A stretch of 64,000 nt of DNA from an uncultured Patescibacteria group bacterium (GTDB taxonomy: Bacteria > Patescibacteriota > Microgenomatia > UBA10105 > UBA927). Under the pieces are notes generated by a model. The model was given only the letters and a program-made list of their open reading frames with translations. It did no database searches and was not told the origin of the DNA. The stretch is taken from positions 38,831-102,830 of the forward strand of contig CAKZSU010000003.1 of NCBI GenBank assembly GCA_937921305.1, read 5' to 3'. A program made the translations under genes and the position numbers. Shown here in pieces: positions 46,983 through 57,147 of this stretch (within the stretch, counting starts at the first letter, position 1; every line of letters begins with the position of its first letter).

Positions 46983-48224
46983 TTATCTTCTCACAAACAA
47001 AATCGCGTTTGGGATGTTTCTCCCAGGTCCAACCTTGTATCCTCCGTACCATAATGCCGTTGATCCGCCGGAATCAAGATTCAACGCGTTATCCATGCCA
47101 AGCGTTTTCATAACATGCGCGTTCTCCGCGACTGTCGCGTTATGCGTAACGCCGATATACACCAACGCGCCTTTATTTGCAACAAAACTTCTCGGTCCCC
47201 TGCTCCCTTTTTTGGGATCGCCGTCGTCTCCGTACGCAATGTCCCCGCCAAACACTAATAATCCTTGATTTGCAATCATGCTATCAATTCCTGTATCCCT
47301 GCCCCATTCCAATGATTTTTGAACAAATCGAACAGAGTTTCCAAGAAATATCACCGCCGGAACAACGCTATATACATTATTTTCAGAGTTAAAATAGACT
47401 TTATCTTTGTTCATAAGCAGCGTGTCAAATGAATTCGTTTTGCCTGCGCAAGATGGATATGATGAAGGACAAAAATATGATCCATTAATTCCAGCGTACG
47501 CACCATTTCTCGATACATACTCCGCGAGAGACAACACAGGACACTCGTTTCGACAATCGTTTGACGACGCGGTATCAACAATCACTCTTGTAGATGATAG
47601 ATCGCCCGCAACAATGTCAACCATATACTGTTGACCCAACGCAGACACTACTTGTCTACTATACCCATACCCGGGAGGTGTATTGCTTTCCTTCGCAGAT
47701 GTAGGATGAGGCTGTGATGATTTCGCAATGTAATCGTTTATTTTATAAATTTCTTGAGAAAGTGCGCGCAATTTTTCTTGTGCTGTTTTATAGTCTCTTT
47801 TGCCAAGAAGGACTAAAATTGTCGCGAATTGTTCGTCGAGTTTCTGCGTCTTTTGCGACAATTCTCGAATCTTTAGTATTTCTTCATAAGACTGAATTGT
47901 TTGCTGATACGTAGAGCGAATCTGTTCCAATTCTTCTTTTAATTCTTGATTAATTTTTCTCTGATCTTCTTGTTTTATTCGTTCAAGTTCCGCGCTGACG
48001 CTTGCAAGCTCATTTTGAAGTATCAATGCTTGAAGCTCGTATCGATCTCGTTCTTTTCTTAACGCGACGATTTGTTGCATTGTTTGTTCTTTCTCATCGG
48101 AGTAAAACAATACGATAAATAACCCTATAAAACATGCAGTGATCAGTATAACAATAAAAACTAATGCTTTGAGGCGATGAGAAGCAATCATTTGCTTTAC
48201 CATGCTTTTCTCTTCCTGTATCAT
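46983..48224 (-). CDS. Membrane-anchored coiled-coil protein with a C-terminal phosphodiester glycosidase domain
   Basis: N-terminal TM segment, a coiled coil of about 150 aa, then AGINGSYF...ALNLDSGGSTALWY motifs. Confidence 0.6.
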   Translation of the reverse strand: MIQEEKSMVKQMIASHRLKALVFIVILITACFIGLFIVLFYSDEKEQTMQQIVALRKERDRYELQALILQNELASVSAELERIKQEDQRKINQELKEELEQIRSTYQQTIQSYEEILKIRELSQKTQKLDEQFATILVLLGKRDYKTAQEKLRALSQEIYKINDYIAKSSQPHPTSAKESNTPPGYGYSRQVVSALGQQYMVDIVAGDLSSTRVIVDTASSNDCRNECPVLSLAEYVSRNGAYAGINGSYFCPSSYPSCAGKTNSFDTLLMNKDKVYFNSENNVYSVVPAVIFLGNSVRFVQKSLEWGRDTGIDSMIANQGLLVFGGDIAYGDDGDPKKGSRGPRSFVANKGALVYIGVTHNATVAENAHVMKTLGMDNALNLDSGGSTALWYGGYKVGPGRNIPNAILFVRR

Positions 48225-48226
48225 AA

Positions 48227-48764
48227 TTCAGCGTATATGATTCGGAAACGAAAGAAAAGCCCAGTTATTCCTGGCGTCATATCGCTTATTAGCGCGCTTG
48301 TTCTCACAATATACGCTCTGTACACCAATCAGGGAGAAACGGAACAACGCGATGTTTTACCATCATCTTTCGCAACGCACCGCGTTGCGAAAGTGATCGA
48401 CGGCGATACAATTGTATTGGAGAATGGAGAAAAAGTTCGATACATTGGCATCAATGCGCCGGAAATAACCAAAAAACGGGACTGCTTTAGCAGTGAAGCA
48501 AAAAAGAAAAATGAATCATTGGTTCTTCATAAAGAAGTGCTTTTGGAAAAAGATGTGTCAGAGCGAGACAAATACAACCGTCTCTTGCGCTATGTGTACC
48601 TAACCGATGGAACCTTCATGAACAAAACGCTTGTGGAAGAAGGATACGCGTATGCGTCATCATATCCTCCTGACATATCAAGACAAGAAGAACTTCTGGA
48701 AGCGCAGCGAGAGGCACAGAAGAATAAGAAGGGATTATGGGGGGCATGTCCTAAACCTCGATAA
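48227..48764 (+). CDS. Thermonuclease (staphylococcal nuclease, SNase-like) family protein, membrane anchored
   Basis: N-terminal TM segment. SNase motif VAKVIDGDTIVLENGEKVRYIGINAPE with downstream RYV and YA residues. The start was chosen at the internal ATG at 48227 to avoid overlap with the divergent gene. Confidence 0.7.
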
Positions 48765-48768
48765 GTAC

Positions 48769-49389
48769 TTATCCTAAATGAGATTGATCATTCCATGTTA
48801 TAAGTCTCCAACGATTGTCAGTCCATTCGCAAACAGTTAATCCAGTATTGCCGATACGAAGCGCGTGATAAAAATCAAGAGCCATTCGCTGATTCAACGA
48901 TAAATCAAATATCATGACAGAGAGAATAACTTTTATAAAATCTGCATGAGACACCACAAGAATATATGTTTCTTTCATGGATATGACATGATGAAGAAAC
49001 AATAAAGCGCGATCTCGAAGATCAAAGAATGTTTCTTCGTCAGAATGACGAAATGTCGGATCATGAAATCGTTCATGAATCTGTTGCTTTATCGCAACAG
49101 CTTCAGGTTGATCATAGAGCATACCTTCAATAATTGTGGGACGTTTAACTTCAACAAGCAATGGCGTCCATCGAATCGGTTTTTTAATAACTGCTTGAAT
49201 AATCTCTGCTGTTTGTTTTGCCCTTTGCAAGGGGCTTGCAAGAATGACATCGATATCGATAGAACGAAACCGTTCAGCGAGTTTCTTTGCTTGATGAACG
49301 CCATGTGGAGACAACTCAGCTTCTTTTGGTTGATGAATACTTTTTGCGTTGAATGGCGTTTCTCCATGGCGCACCATGTACAGTTTCAT
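48769..49389 (-). CDS. Histidine phosphatase family protein (phosphoglycerate-mutase-like)
   Basis: N-terminal RHGET catalytic motif (MVRHGETPFN) and a later histidine. Confidence 0.75.
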   Translation of the reverse strand: MKLYMVRHGETPFNAKSIHQPKEAELSPHGVHQAKKLAERFRSIDIDVILASPLQRAKQTAEIIQAVIKKPIRWTPLLVEVKRPTIIEGMLYDQPEAVAIKQQIHERFHDPTFRHSDEETFFDLRDRALLFLHHVISMKETYILVVSHADFIKVILSVMIFDLSLNQRMALDFYHALRIGNTGLTVCEWTDNRWRLITWNDQSHLG

Positions 49390-49413
49390 GAGATATATTA
49401 TAATCGATCTATC

Positions 49414-50307
49414 ATGCGAACCATAGCAAAAGGACTTATTCGACTAACCCGTTACCAAGAATATTTAATGTTCGTTGTGATTAACACGTTGTTAGGATTT
49501 CTCTTCGCAAATCCAACAATCACGATCGATGTAATTGTTCATTTATGTATTGTTTTTATCGCGAATATGTTAAGCGCTGGATTCTCGTTTATGATCAACG
49601 ATGTGGAAGACGCTCCAGACGACGCAATCAGTCCCCAAAAGGCAAAACGAAATCCAATTTCAGCCGGAACTGTTTCAAGAAAAACTGGATTATTGGCGTC
49701 TCTTGGCGTTGCCGTCATCTCGATTGGAGCATATTATCCCCTTGGAACGCTACCATTTATCGGCGGCGTAGCGACGATTATTTTAGGATTTCTTTATTCA
49801 TGGAAACCAATACGATTAAAACGCATTCCTGTCATAGATCTTGTCAGTCATGGCTTGATGTTGTCAGGATTGCAATTTCTCTGCTCGTTTTTTACATTTT
49901 CTCCGTTTGTCGGATTCACTCCTGAACTCATACTTCCATTTATCTTTATCACCACAATTAGCATGTATGGAGAGCTATATAACGAAATTCGAGACTTCAC
50001 CTACGATAAAATCGCTGGTATTACACATACCGCAAGTGTCATTGGAAAAGCGAACACCCATATCCTAATGTATGCTCTTCTTTCGTTTGCGATGATTACG
50101 TTGCTTTATAGCGTTTTTCTTCATCTTATTCCCATGTGGTTTATTGCGTTATTTTTATTTGTTGGAGGAATATTTTTTCTAAATATCCTTCGAGGCATAT
50201 TCCTCTATAAACAACGTCTTCATATGGATATTATTCAAGATTATATCCTTTTGACGACCGGAATTTCGTTGATGTGTTGGGCTGGAAGCAGAATGCTAGA
50301 AATCTGA
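49414..50307 (+). CDS. UbiA family prenyltransferase
   Basis: Polytopic membrane protein with the aspartate-rich motif NDVEDAPDD. The start was set at the ATG at 49414, because the longer ORF in the track overlaps the convergent phosphatase gene. Confidence 0.7.
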   Translation: MRTIAKGLIRLTRYQEYLMFVVINTLLGFLFANPTITIDVIVHLCIVFIANMLSAGFSFMINDVEDAPDDAISPQKAKRNPISAGTVSRKTGLLASLGVAVISIGAYYPLGTLPFIGGVATIILGFLYSWKPIRLKRIPVIDLVSHGLMLSGLQFLCSFFTFSPFVGFTPELILPFIFITTISMYGELYNEIRDFTYDKIAGITHTASVIGKANTHILMYALLSFAMITLLYSVFLHLIPMWFIALFLFVGGIFFLNILRGIFLYKQRLHMDIIQDYILLTTGISLMCWAGSRMLEI

Positions 50308-50332
50308 TGTATCGCCATGCTATACTAACCGC

Positions 50333-51535
50333 ATGTCATATACACCACCAGATGATATCCTCAAACAATATGCAGCTGTCCTTATTGAATTCGCGTTGGG
50401 AGGCGGAAAAGGAATCGCGAAACGAGATGTTGTATTTCTTCAAGTTCTAGAATGCGCGAAACCACTGCTCATTCATCTTCGTCGATCTGTTCTAAAATTA
50501 GGAGGATTTCCAATTATTCAATATCTGCCAGATAACATCGCGAGAGATTTTTTTGAATATGCCAACGATGAACAGCTTGCGTTTTTCCCTGACAAATATC
50601 TTCGAGGAAAAGTTGATCAAATGGATCATGTCGTTCATATCATCGCTGAAACCAATAAACACGAACTCGAAGGTATCGATCCGAAAAAACTCATGATTGC
50701 GCAAGAAGCCATGAAACCATATAAAGATTGGCGAGACGAGAAAGAAAATGCGGGAAAACTGACCTGGACATTAGCGCTTTATGGAACAGACGCCATGGCA
50801 AGAGAAGCAAATATGACCATTGAAGAATACTGGGAACAAATTATTACGGCGTGTTTTCTTGATACATCAGATCCTATAACAACATGGAAAAAAATAATGG
50901 CTGAGATAGATCGAGTCAAACATGCGTTGAACGCATTATCCATTGAATCCCTTCATGTAGAAGCTCCGGACACAAACTTGACAATCAAACTTGGAAAACA
51001 GAGACAATGGATGGGCGGGTCGGGAAGGAATATTCCAAGTTTTGAAGTCTTCATATCCCCAGATTGGAGAGGAACAGAAGGACGCATTCGTTTTACCGAA
51101 CCGTTGTATGTGTATGGCAATCTCATCAAAAATGTGTATGTGGAATTTACCAAGGGAGTTGTCACACATGTGTCAGCAACGGAAGGAGAACAGGTGCTCC
51201 AAGAAATGATAAAAGTAAAGAACGCGGATAAAATTGGAGAATTTTCTTTAACAGATTCAAGGTTGTCGCGGATTACGAAATTTATGGCTGAAACTCTGTT
51301 TGATGAGAATGTAGGCGGTCCATATGGCAATACCCATATTGCCTTAGGATCGGCATATAAAGATTCATATCCCGGGGATCCATCAACAGTTACAGAAGAA
51401 CAATGGCACGCGATGGGATACAATGAGAGTGTCATCCATACCGACATTGTCGCGACTTCCGATAGAATTGTCACCGCAACGCTCCCATCTGGAGAAAAGA
51501 AGGTGATTTACAAAAACGGCATATTTACGATATAA
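50333..51535 (+). CDS. Aminopeptidase, M29 (AmpS/PepS thermophilic metalloprotease) family
   Basis: 400 aa. Family-level resemblance only. Confidence 0.55.
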   Translation: MSYTPPDDILKQYAAVLIEFALGGGKGIAKRDVVFLQVLECAKPLLIHLRRSVLKLGGFPIIQYLPDNIARDFFEYANDEQLAFFPDKYLRGKVDQMDHVVHIIAETNKHELEGIDPKKLMIAQEAMKPYKDWRDEKENAGKLTWTLALYGTDAMAREANMTIEEYWEQIITACFLDTSDPITTWKKIMAEIDRVKHALNALSIESLHVEAPDTNLTIKLGKQRQWMGGSGRNIPSFEVFISPDWRGTEGRIRFTEPLYVYGNLIKNVYVEFTKGVVTHVSATEGEQVLQEMIKVKNADKIGEFSLTDSRLSRITKFMAETLFDENVGGPYGNTHIALGSAYKDSYPGDPSTVTEEQWHAMGYNESVIHTDIVATSDRIVTATLPSGEKKVIYKNGIFTI

Positions 51536-51542
51536 CACGCTT

Positions 51543-51881
51543 ATGCTTGCTACAAAACGATGCGTTCCCTGCGAAGGGCATACCGCTCCAATGACTGAAG
51601 ATGAGATCACTTATCATCTTTCTCTTGTCTCTGGCTGGCGATATATTTCTGAAAAACGAGCAATAGCAAAACAATTTATCTTCAAGAATTTCGCCGAGTC
51701 AATGCGTTTTGTGAACACTATTGCAAACATAGCGGAAGAAGAAGGGCATCATCCCGACATATATCTGCACGATTGGAAGTATGTTGACATCACGCTCTCA
51801 ACGCATGCAATAAACGGATTGTCAGAAAACGATTTTATTCTCGCCGCAAAAATTGATATCGCCACTTCTTCACATTCATGA
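51543..51881 (+). CDS. Pterin-4-alpha-carbinolamine dehydratase (PCD/DCoH)
   Basis: 112 aa. EEGHHPDI active-site motif and the typical length. Confidence 0.8.
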   Translation: MLATKRCVPCEGHTAPMTEDEITYHLSLVSGWRYISEKRAIAKQFIFKNFAESMRFVNTIANIAEEEGHHPDIYLHDWKYVDITLSTHAINGLSENDFILAAKIDIATSSHS

Positions 51882-52702
51882 CTATCGGGTTGGTTACCTA
51901 TAACGATCTTCGGACTGTTCCCAAAAGCCATGTTCCGCTTCTTGAAGCGGGAAAAAGACAAGGAATATCGATCATTCCTGCTCCGTGGGATAATCCCGCG
52001 ATCGATTGGACGCGTTTTAACGGATTAATCGCGTTCTGTTGTTGGAACTATTATCATAACTATGCATCGTTTCTTTCATGGCTTGCATATCTGGAATCAA
52101 TCAACGCCTCAATTATAAATCCGATCAAAACGCTTCGATGGAATAGTCACAAACAATATCTTCTCGATCTTGAACAACGAGGCGTAAACATCATTCCAAC
52201 AATCCTTGTAAAAAGAGAAACAACAATGGATATTGATATGTGGTTTGAAGCGTTTAACAATGATCATCTTGTGATAAAACCAGCAGTAAGCGCCGGAGGA
52301 AATCAGATTGTTCATCTTCTTAAATACCATCACGCAAACAAGAATAAGGTCATAGCCATGCTGCAAAAAGGAGATATACTTATTCAACCATATATAGAAG
52401 AAATCAATCATGAAGAAAGATCGTTTATTTTTTTAGGAAACGAATGGTCTCACGCGATCATCAACCGTCATGGAAGAAAAAAACGATATACCCCGTCGGA
52501 TCAAGAACTTTCTGAAGCTCATCATCTTCTTTCGCTTATTCCATATGACCATGTATACGCAAGAATTGATGGTGCGATCATCAACGATACATTCTCTGTT
52601 TCGGAGGTGGAACTTCTTGAGCCAGATTTATACTTCCCCATGAACCCAAAAAGCGGTGATATGTGCATTGCTTACGCTCGTTCTTTTTTCTTGCTCCATT
52701 GA
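51878..52702 (+). CDS. Hypothetical protein, possibly an ATP-grasp fold enzyme
   Basis: 274 aa. VIKPAVSAGGNQIV resembles an ATP-grasp nucleotide-binding segment. It overlaps the PCD gene by 4 nt. Weak call. Confidence 0.35.
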   Translation: MTIGLVTYNDLRTVPKSHVPLLEAGKRQGISIIPAPWDNPAIDWTRFNGLIAFCCWNYYHNYASFLSWLAYLESINASIINPIKTLRWNSHKQYLLDLEQRGVNIIPTILVKRETTMDIDMWFEAFNNDHLVIKPAVSAGGNQIVHLLKYHHANKNKVIAMLQKGDILIQPYIEEINHEERSFIFLGNEWSHAIINRHGRKKRYTPSDQELSEAHHLLSLIPYDHVYARIDGAIINDTFSVSEVELLEPDLYFPMNPKSGDMCIAYARSFFLLH

Positions 52703-53328
52703 GGATATTCAGGGCATAGATCGTCAAGGGGACAATCCTCGCAAGTATGCGGTCTTGCGATACACTTGTATCGACCGTGAAGCGTCAACATGCTTCCAAA
52801 TCCAATCCATGTTTCTCGAGGAAGCATCTTCATCAGTTCTCGCTCTATTACCACGGGATCTTTTGAATGAACTAATCCAAGTTTATTGGATAATCGTACG
52901 CCATGTGTATCAATTACAATACCTTCCGCTTTTCCAAATGCGTGACTTAAGACCACATTCGCGGTCTTCCTCGCGACACCAGGCAACGCGTCCAATGCTT
53001 CCATTGTGTTTGGAACATTCCCACCGTGCTTCTCAGCGATAATACGACATGCGTCTCGAATGTTTTTCGCTTTATTCGCATAAAATGTGACGCTTTTTAT
53101 ATACGGAACAATTTCCTCGACAGACGCATTCGTAAAGTCTTCCGCTGTTTTGAACCGTTCAAATAACGCCGGCGTCACTTTGTTGACCAATTTATCGGTA
53201 CATTGAGCGGATAATATTGTAGCGACAAGAAGCTGTAAAGGATTCTGAAAATGCAATTCAACAATTGGTTTGGGGTATACTTTCTGAAGCCTTTTGTGCA
53301 CTTCCAACGCTTTTTCTTGAGAGGTCAT
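52672..53328 (-). CDS. nth: Endonuclease III
   Basis: HhH-GPD domain (LPGVARKTANVVL) and a C-terminal 4Fe-4S cysteine cluster (C-x6-C-x2-C-x5-C). Confidence 0.9.
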   Translation of the reverse strand: MTSQEKALEVHKRLQKVYPKPIVELHFQNPLQLLVATILSAQCTDKLVNKVTPALFERFKTAEDFTNASVEEIVPYIKSVTFYANKAKNIRDACRIIAEKHGGNVPNTMEALDALPGVARKTANVVLSHAFGKAEGIVIDTHGVRLSNKLGLVHSKDPVVIERELMKMLPRETWIGFGSMLTLHGRYKCIARPHTCEDCPLDDLCPEYPQWSKKKERA

Positions 53329-53347
53329 AGATTATTCCAATTTTTTG

Positions 53348-53419
53348 TGAGCCCGCAGGGGATCGAACCCTGGACCAACTGCTTAAAAGGCAGCTGCTCT
53401 ACCACTGAGCTACAGGCCC
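53348..53419 (-). tRNA. tRNA-Lys, anticodon TTT
   Basis: Reverse complement begins GGGCCTGTAGCTCAGTGGTAGAGCAG. Anticodon loop CTTTTAA. T-loop GGTTCGATCCC. Confidence 0.8.
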
Positions 53420-53609
53420 CACATTCACTCGTCTCTTTTATTGTGTACCTATCTCTTGTAAACTGCGTAAATCCGCTACTTGGCGGATTATAAGAAATAT
53501 TTTGCTTGCCTTCAGCTATTTGCTTACGGCACAGATCCTCATATTTTACTTTATATAACCAAAGACAGATTCAACTTCTATATCTTAATTTATTATAACA
53601 AACAGTGTA

Positions 53610-54038
53610 TTAGGATGGAAGAGATGGAGATGATTGTGAAGGTGGGATGTTTTGTGATCCCCCAACGCGTTGCGCCGCTTTCCCAACTTTCCCTCGGAGG
53701 TAATATAACTTAGCTCGTCGGACATCGCCATATCTTTTCACTTCAAGTTTTTTAATCCATGGAGAATACAATGGAAATATTCGCTCCACACCGATGCCTC
53801 CAGCGCCAATTTTTCTTACCGTGAACATCCGTTGTGTTCCGCGATTTTTTATCGCAATCACAATTCCTTCAAATACCTGGATACGCTCCCGAACTGTTTC
53901 TTTTACTTCTTTTTTTGTCCTTCCTGCAGTTTTTTCTTTCTCAATTAGCTTGTAATGCACGCGAACCGTATCGCCGACATGAAACTCGACTGGTTGAATT
54001 CCTTCTTCTGATGAAACCCATGTTGCAATATTTGCCAT
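53610..54038 (-). CDS. rplS: 50S ribosomal protein L19
   Basis: [28 protein letters not shown] and RRAKLYYLR blocks. Carries a C-terminal extension of about 25 aa. Confidence 0.85.
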   Translation of the reverse strand: MANIATWVSSEEGIQPVEFHVGDTVRVHYKLIEKEKTAGRTKKEVKETVRERIQVFEGIVIAIKNRGTQRMFTVRKIGAGGIGVERIFPLYSPWIKKLEVKRYGDVRRAKLYYLRGKVGKAAQRVGGSQNIPPSQSSPSLPS

Positions 54039-54060
54039 ACAATTTTAATTGTAACAAGTT

Positions 54061-55713
54061 TTATCGCATTTCACAAGCTCTAATGAAGCCAATGAACAAT
54101 GGATGAGGGGACAATGGCCGAGATCGATATTCTGGATGATATTGCGTGCCGATAAAGAATGGATGCTTTTCTTTCGGCAACTCAATAATTTCCACCAAAT
54201 GCTCAATCTTTGATCGTCCTGCAATGATGAGCCCTGCTTGCTCTACTTGATTCGCGTACTCGTCGTTGAATTCGTATCTATGCCGATGGCGCTCTCCGAC
54301 AATTCGTTCATTTGGATTGTCGTAATACGAGTATTTTTGATATAAGAGATCTGCTTGCGTGTCTTCTTTCACCACGCACTCCCATTTCCCCAGCCTCATC
54401 GTTCCGCCATATGCGCGACGACGAATAAACTCTTCTTGTCCTTCAATCATGTGAATTATCGGATGTGGGGTGTGCGGATCGCATTCTGTCGTATGCGCTT
54501 CTTCTAGACCAAGAACATGCCGAGCAAACTCTACCACCGCAAGCTGCATGCCGTAGCACAATCCAAGGTAGGGAACACCTTTTTCCCGCGCGTATCGTAT
54601 CGCGGAAATTTTTCCTTCAACCCCTCTCGATCCCCATCCAATCGGGACAATAATGCCATGCGTTCCGTCCAATAACGATACATCTCCTGATTCTAACAAT
54701 TCTGCTTGAATCCACTGAACGCGAACGTCAATATTTTCTTTCCACGCCGCGTGATCAATCGCGTCCATAAGCGCCGCGTAACTATCGCGGAGCTGATAGT
54801 CGCCTGTGGCAAAATATTTTCCGACAACTGCGATTTCCACTGTTGATCGTTTTGGCGCGTAAATAGTTTTGACCATATCTTCCCATGGAGACAAGCACAA
54901 TTCTCGAAGTGGAAGAGAAAATAACTGCAGAATTTTCTCATCAAATTTTTGTTCGGCAAACGATATGGGTACTTCATATGGACTTTTCATATCGACGCTA
55001 TCAATCACATGATCCGGCTCGACATTGCAAAACAACGCGAATCGCTCTCGCCGGCGATCGTCGATCGGTTGTTCCGAACGAGTTACAATAAAATCTGGCT
55101 GAATTCCCATGGAATTTAATGTTTTTACCGATAGTTGCGTTGGCTTGGTTTTTGGTTCTCCGAGATGCGTCGGTGTTGGAAGATAGCTAACATGCACATG
55201 AACAACCTTGTTGTCTTTATGCAGTTTCATAATTCTCGATGCTTCATAAAACAACACATTTTGATACTCTCCCGCTGTTCCCCCAAGTTCGACGATCACA
55301 ATATCCGCGTTTTCTTTCTCTCCGACGGTCATGATCCTCCGAATAATTTCGTCTGTCACATGAGGAATCGCCTCTACATCTTCTCCGCCATATTCAAAGT
55401 TTCGTTCTCGTTCAATGACTTTTTTATAAATTTGTCCCATCGTCACGAAGTTGTCTTGCGTCATATTTTTTCCGAGATATTTTTCATATGTCCCAAGATC
55501 CATGTCTGCTTCTGTCCCATCATCCATCAAAAACGGATCGCCATGCTCGATAGGATTGATAAGTCCGGCGTCGATATTTAAGTAATTTTCACATTTCACT
55601 ATTGTCACTCGGTATCCGCGAGATTGAAGAAGAAGCGCAATAGAAGCGGTCGTGACGCCTTTTCCTAATCCAGAGATGACTCCACCGGAAACGAAGATAA
55701 AATTTTGAAGCAT
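54061..55713 (-). CDS. pyrG: CTP synthase
   Basis: 550 aa. N-terminal synthetase domain (FVSGGVISGLGKG) and a C-terminal glutamine amidotransferase domain (GLCYGMQ). Confidence 0.95.
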   Translation of the reverse strand: MLQNFIFVSGGVISGLGKGVTTASIALLLQSRGYRVTIVKCENYLNIDAGLINPIEHGDPFLMDDGTEADMDLGTYEKYLGKNMTQDNFVTMGQIYKKVIERERNFEYGGEDVEAIPHVTDEIIRRIMTVGEKENADIVIVELGGTAGEYQNVLFYEASRIMKLHKDNKVVHVHVSYLPTPTHLGEPKTKPTQLSVKTLNSMGIQPDFIVTRSEQPIDDRRRERFALFCNVEPDHVIDSVDMKSPYEVPISFAEQKFDEKILQLFSLPLRELCLSPWEDMVKTIYAPKRSTVEIAVVGKYFATGDYQLRDSYAALMDAIDHAAWKENIDVRVQWIQAELLESGDVSLLDGTHGIIVPIGWGSRGVEGKISAIRYAREKGVPYLGLCYGMQLAVVEFARHVLGLEEAHTTECDPHTPHPIIHMIEGQEEFIRRRAYGGTMRLGKWECVVKEDTQADLLYQKYSYYDNPNERIVGERHRHRYEFNDEYANQVEQAGLIIAGRSKIEHLVEIIELPKEKHPFFIGTQYHPEYRSRPLSPHPLFIGFIRACEMR

Positions 55714-55719
55714 AGTTTA

Positions 55720-56355
55720 CTATAGCACGGATTTTGTCTTTGATTCAAGATATGCGCGACCATGGCCAACGGTTGTATTTACAGGAATCCCTTGCGCGCA
55801 GAACGGACATGACGCTTCATCAAACGCTTCCGCTTTAAGAATGCCAAGCGACGAAAACGGCGCGTCAAAGAGCTGATCATTCACCAATTCAGGATTTCTA
55901 TTCACCATCACTGCTACCGCAGCAACGCGTCCGCCGACAGCGCGAACACGTTCAACAACCTTTAACACAGATCCTCCCGTTGTCGTTAAGTCTTCTACGA
56001 CAAGAACGCGTTTATTTTGAACAAATCGATCATATCCTCGCGTAAATATGTGATGTTTATTCGCGTCTTTTTCCGTGTATACTCCAAACACTTCTTTCTT
56101 TTTTAAAATAGATAAATGATACGCAGTCCATTGAGAAAGAATAATCCCGCCTAACGCCGGACCGACCACCACATCAATATCCATTGATTGATAACGCTCC
56201 GCAAACATTTTCCCAACCATAGAGGCGAGTTCCGTATGCGGATATAACGCGTCTTTATTTACATACACGCTCCCGTGTTTTCCTGATGTATAAACAAAAT
56301 GATCATCGGTAAGCACCGCGCCAACAGAACGAAGTATATTAATAATGTCCATCAT
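55720..56355 (-). CDS. pyrE: Orotate phosphoribosyltransferase
   Basis: 211 aa with the PRPP-binding motif VLVVEDLTTTGGS. Confidence 0.8.
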   Translation of the reverse strand: MMDIINILRSVGAVLTDDHFVYTSGKHGSVYVNKDALYPHTELASMVGKMFAERYQSMDIDVVVGPALGGIILSQWTAYHLSILKKKEVFGVYTEKDANKHHIFTRGYDRFVQNKRVLVVEDLTTTGGSVLKVVERVRAVGGRVAAVAVMVNRNPELVNDQLFDAPFSSLGILKAEAFDEASCPFCAQGIPVNTTVGHGRAYLESKTKSVL

Positions 56356-56367
56356 ATATGTTCCTCC

Positions 56368-57147
56368 TTAGATTGTCGATCTATATATATTAATTTCTTC
56401 TCGAAGTGACATGGTCGCACTTCTTGGATCGCTAGCTTCTAGAATAGATCGAGATGCAGAGATAATAAGACGACCCTTTTTATCGCGTGTTATTCCTGAC
56501 GCGACCACGCGTTGTACTTCTCCTCCCTGCACACCGATACCGGGGACCAATAATGTCATATCACCAACAATTTGTCGAACATGATTCAATTCCTCTGGAA
56601 ATGTCGCGCCAACAACTAATAAACAATTTCCGTACCGCTTGTGCCATCCTGCGACATGTTCGGCAACATGCTGATATAATGGTTTGCCATCAATCATAAG
56701 ATCTTGAAACTCTTCACTTCCGAGGTTTGATGTTCGACAAAGGATGATGCATCCTTTGTCTGACCGTTCTAAAAACGGTCGCAGAGAATCTTCGCCGAGG
56801 TATGGATGAAGCGTAATCGCATCCGCTTTAATATAGTCAAATGCGAATGTTGCATATTGCTGGTTCGTATGCGACACATCGCCTCGTTTTGCGTCAATAA
56901 TAATCGGAAGATGAGGATATGTTTGAGCGATATAATCGCAGGTTTTTTTCATCTCATCGATATGTCCGGCTTCATAAAATGCGGAATTTATTTTATACGC
57001 GCAAACAAGATCATTCGTCGCGTCTATAATCCGTTTATTAAACGCAAACTGATCGTCCTGAACAATGTTTGAATCTGTATCAAGCCCAACACATACCAGT
57101 GAATCGTTGCGATCCATTGCGAATGAAAGTTTATCAAGGAATCTCAT
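56368..57147 (-). CDS. pyrF: Orotidine 5'-phosphate decarboxylase
   Basis: 259 aa with the IIIDAKRGD active-site region. Confidence 0.75.
   Translation of the reverse strand: MRFLDKLSFAMDRNDSLVCVGLDTDSNIVQDDQFAFNKRIIDATNDLVCAYKINSAFYEAGHIDEMKKTCDYIAQTYPHLPIIIDAKRGDVSHTNQQYATFAFDYIKADAITLHPYLGEDSLRPFLERSDKGCIILCRTSNLGSEEFQDLMIDGKPLYQHVAEHVAGWHKRYGNCLLVVGATFPEELNHVRQIVGDMTLLVPGIGVQGGEVQRVVASGITRDKKGRLIISASRSILEASDPRSATMSLREEINIYRSTI

Noticed and set aside
46678-47268. 196-aa plus-strand ORF spanning the gap between the convergent phosphodiester-glycosidase genes
   Set aside because: Its composition is Phe/Ser/Asn-rich junk and it overlaps the 3' part of the minus-strand gene 46983..48224. It is most likely non-coding intergenic sequence plus antisense overlap.
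49045-49413. N-terminal 120 aa of the 420-aa ORF 49045..50307 as part of the UbiA prenyltransferase
   Set aside because: This segment overlaps the well-supported convergent histidine phosphatase gene (48769..49389) and has junk-like composition. The prenyltransferase more plausibly starts at the ATG at 49414.
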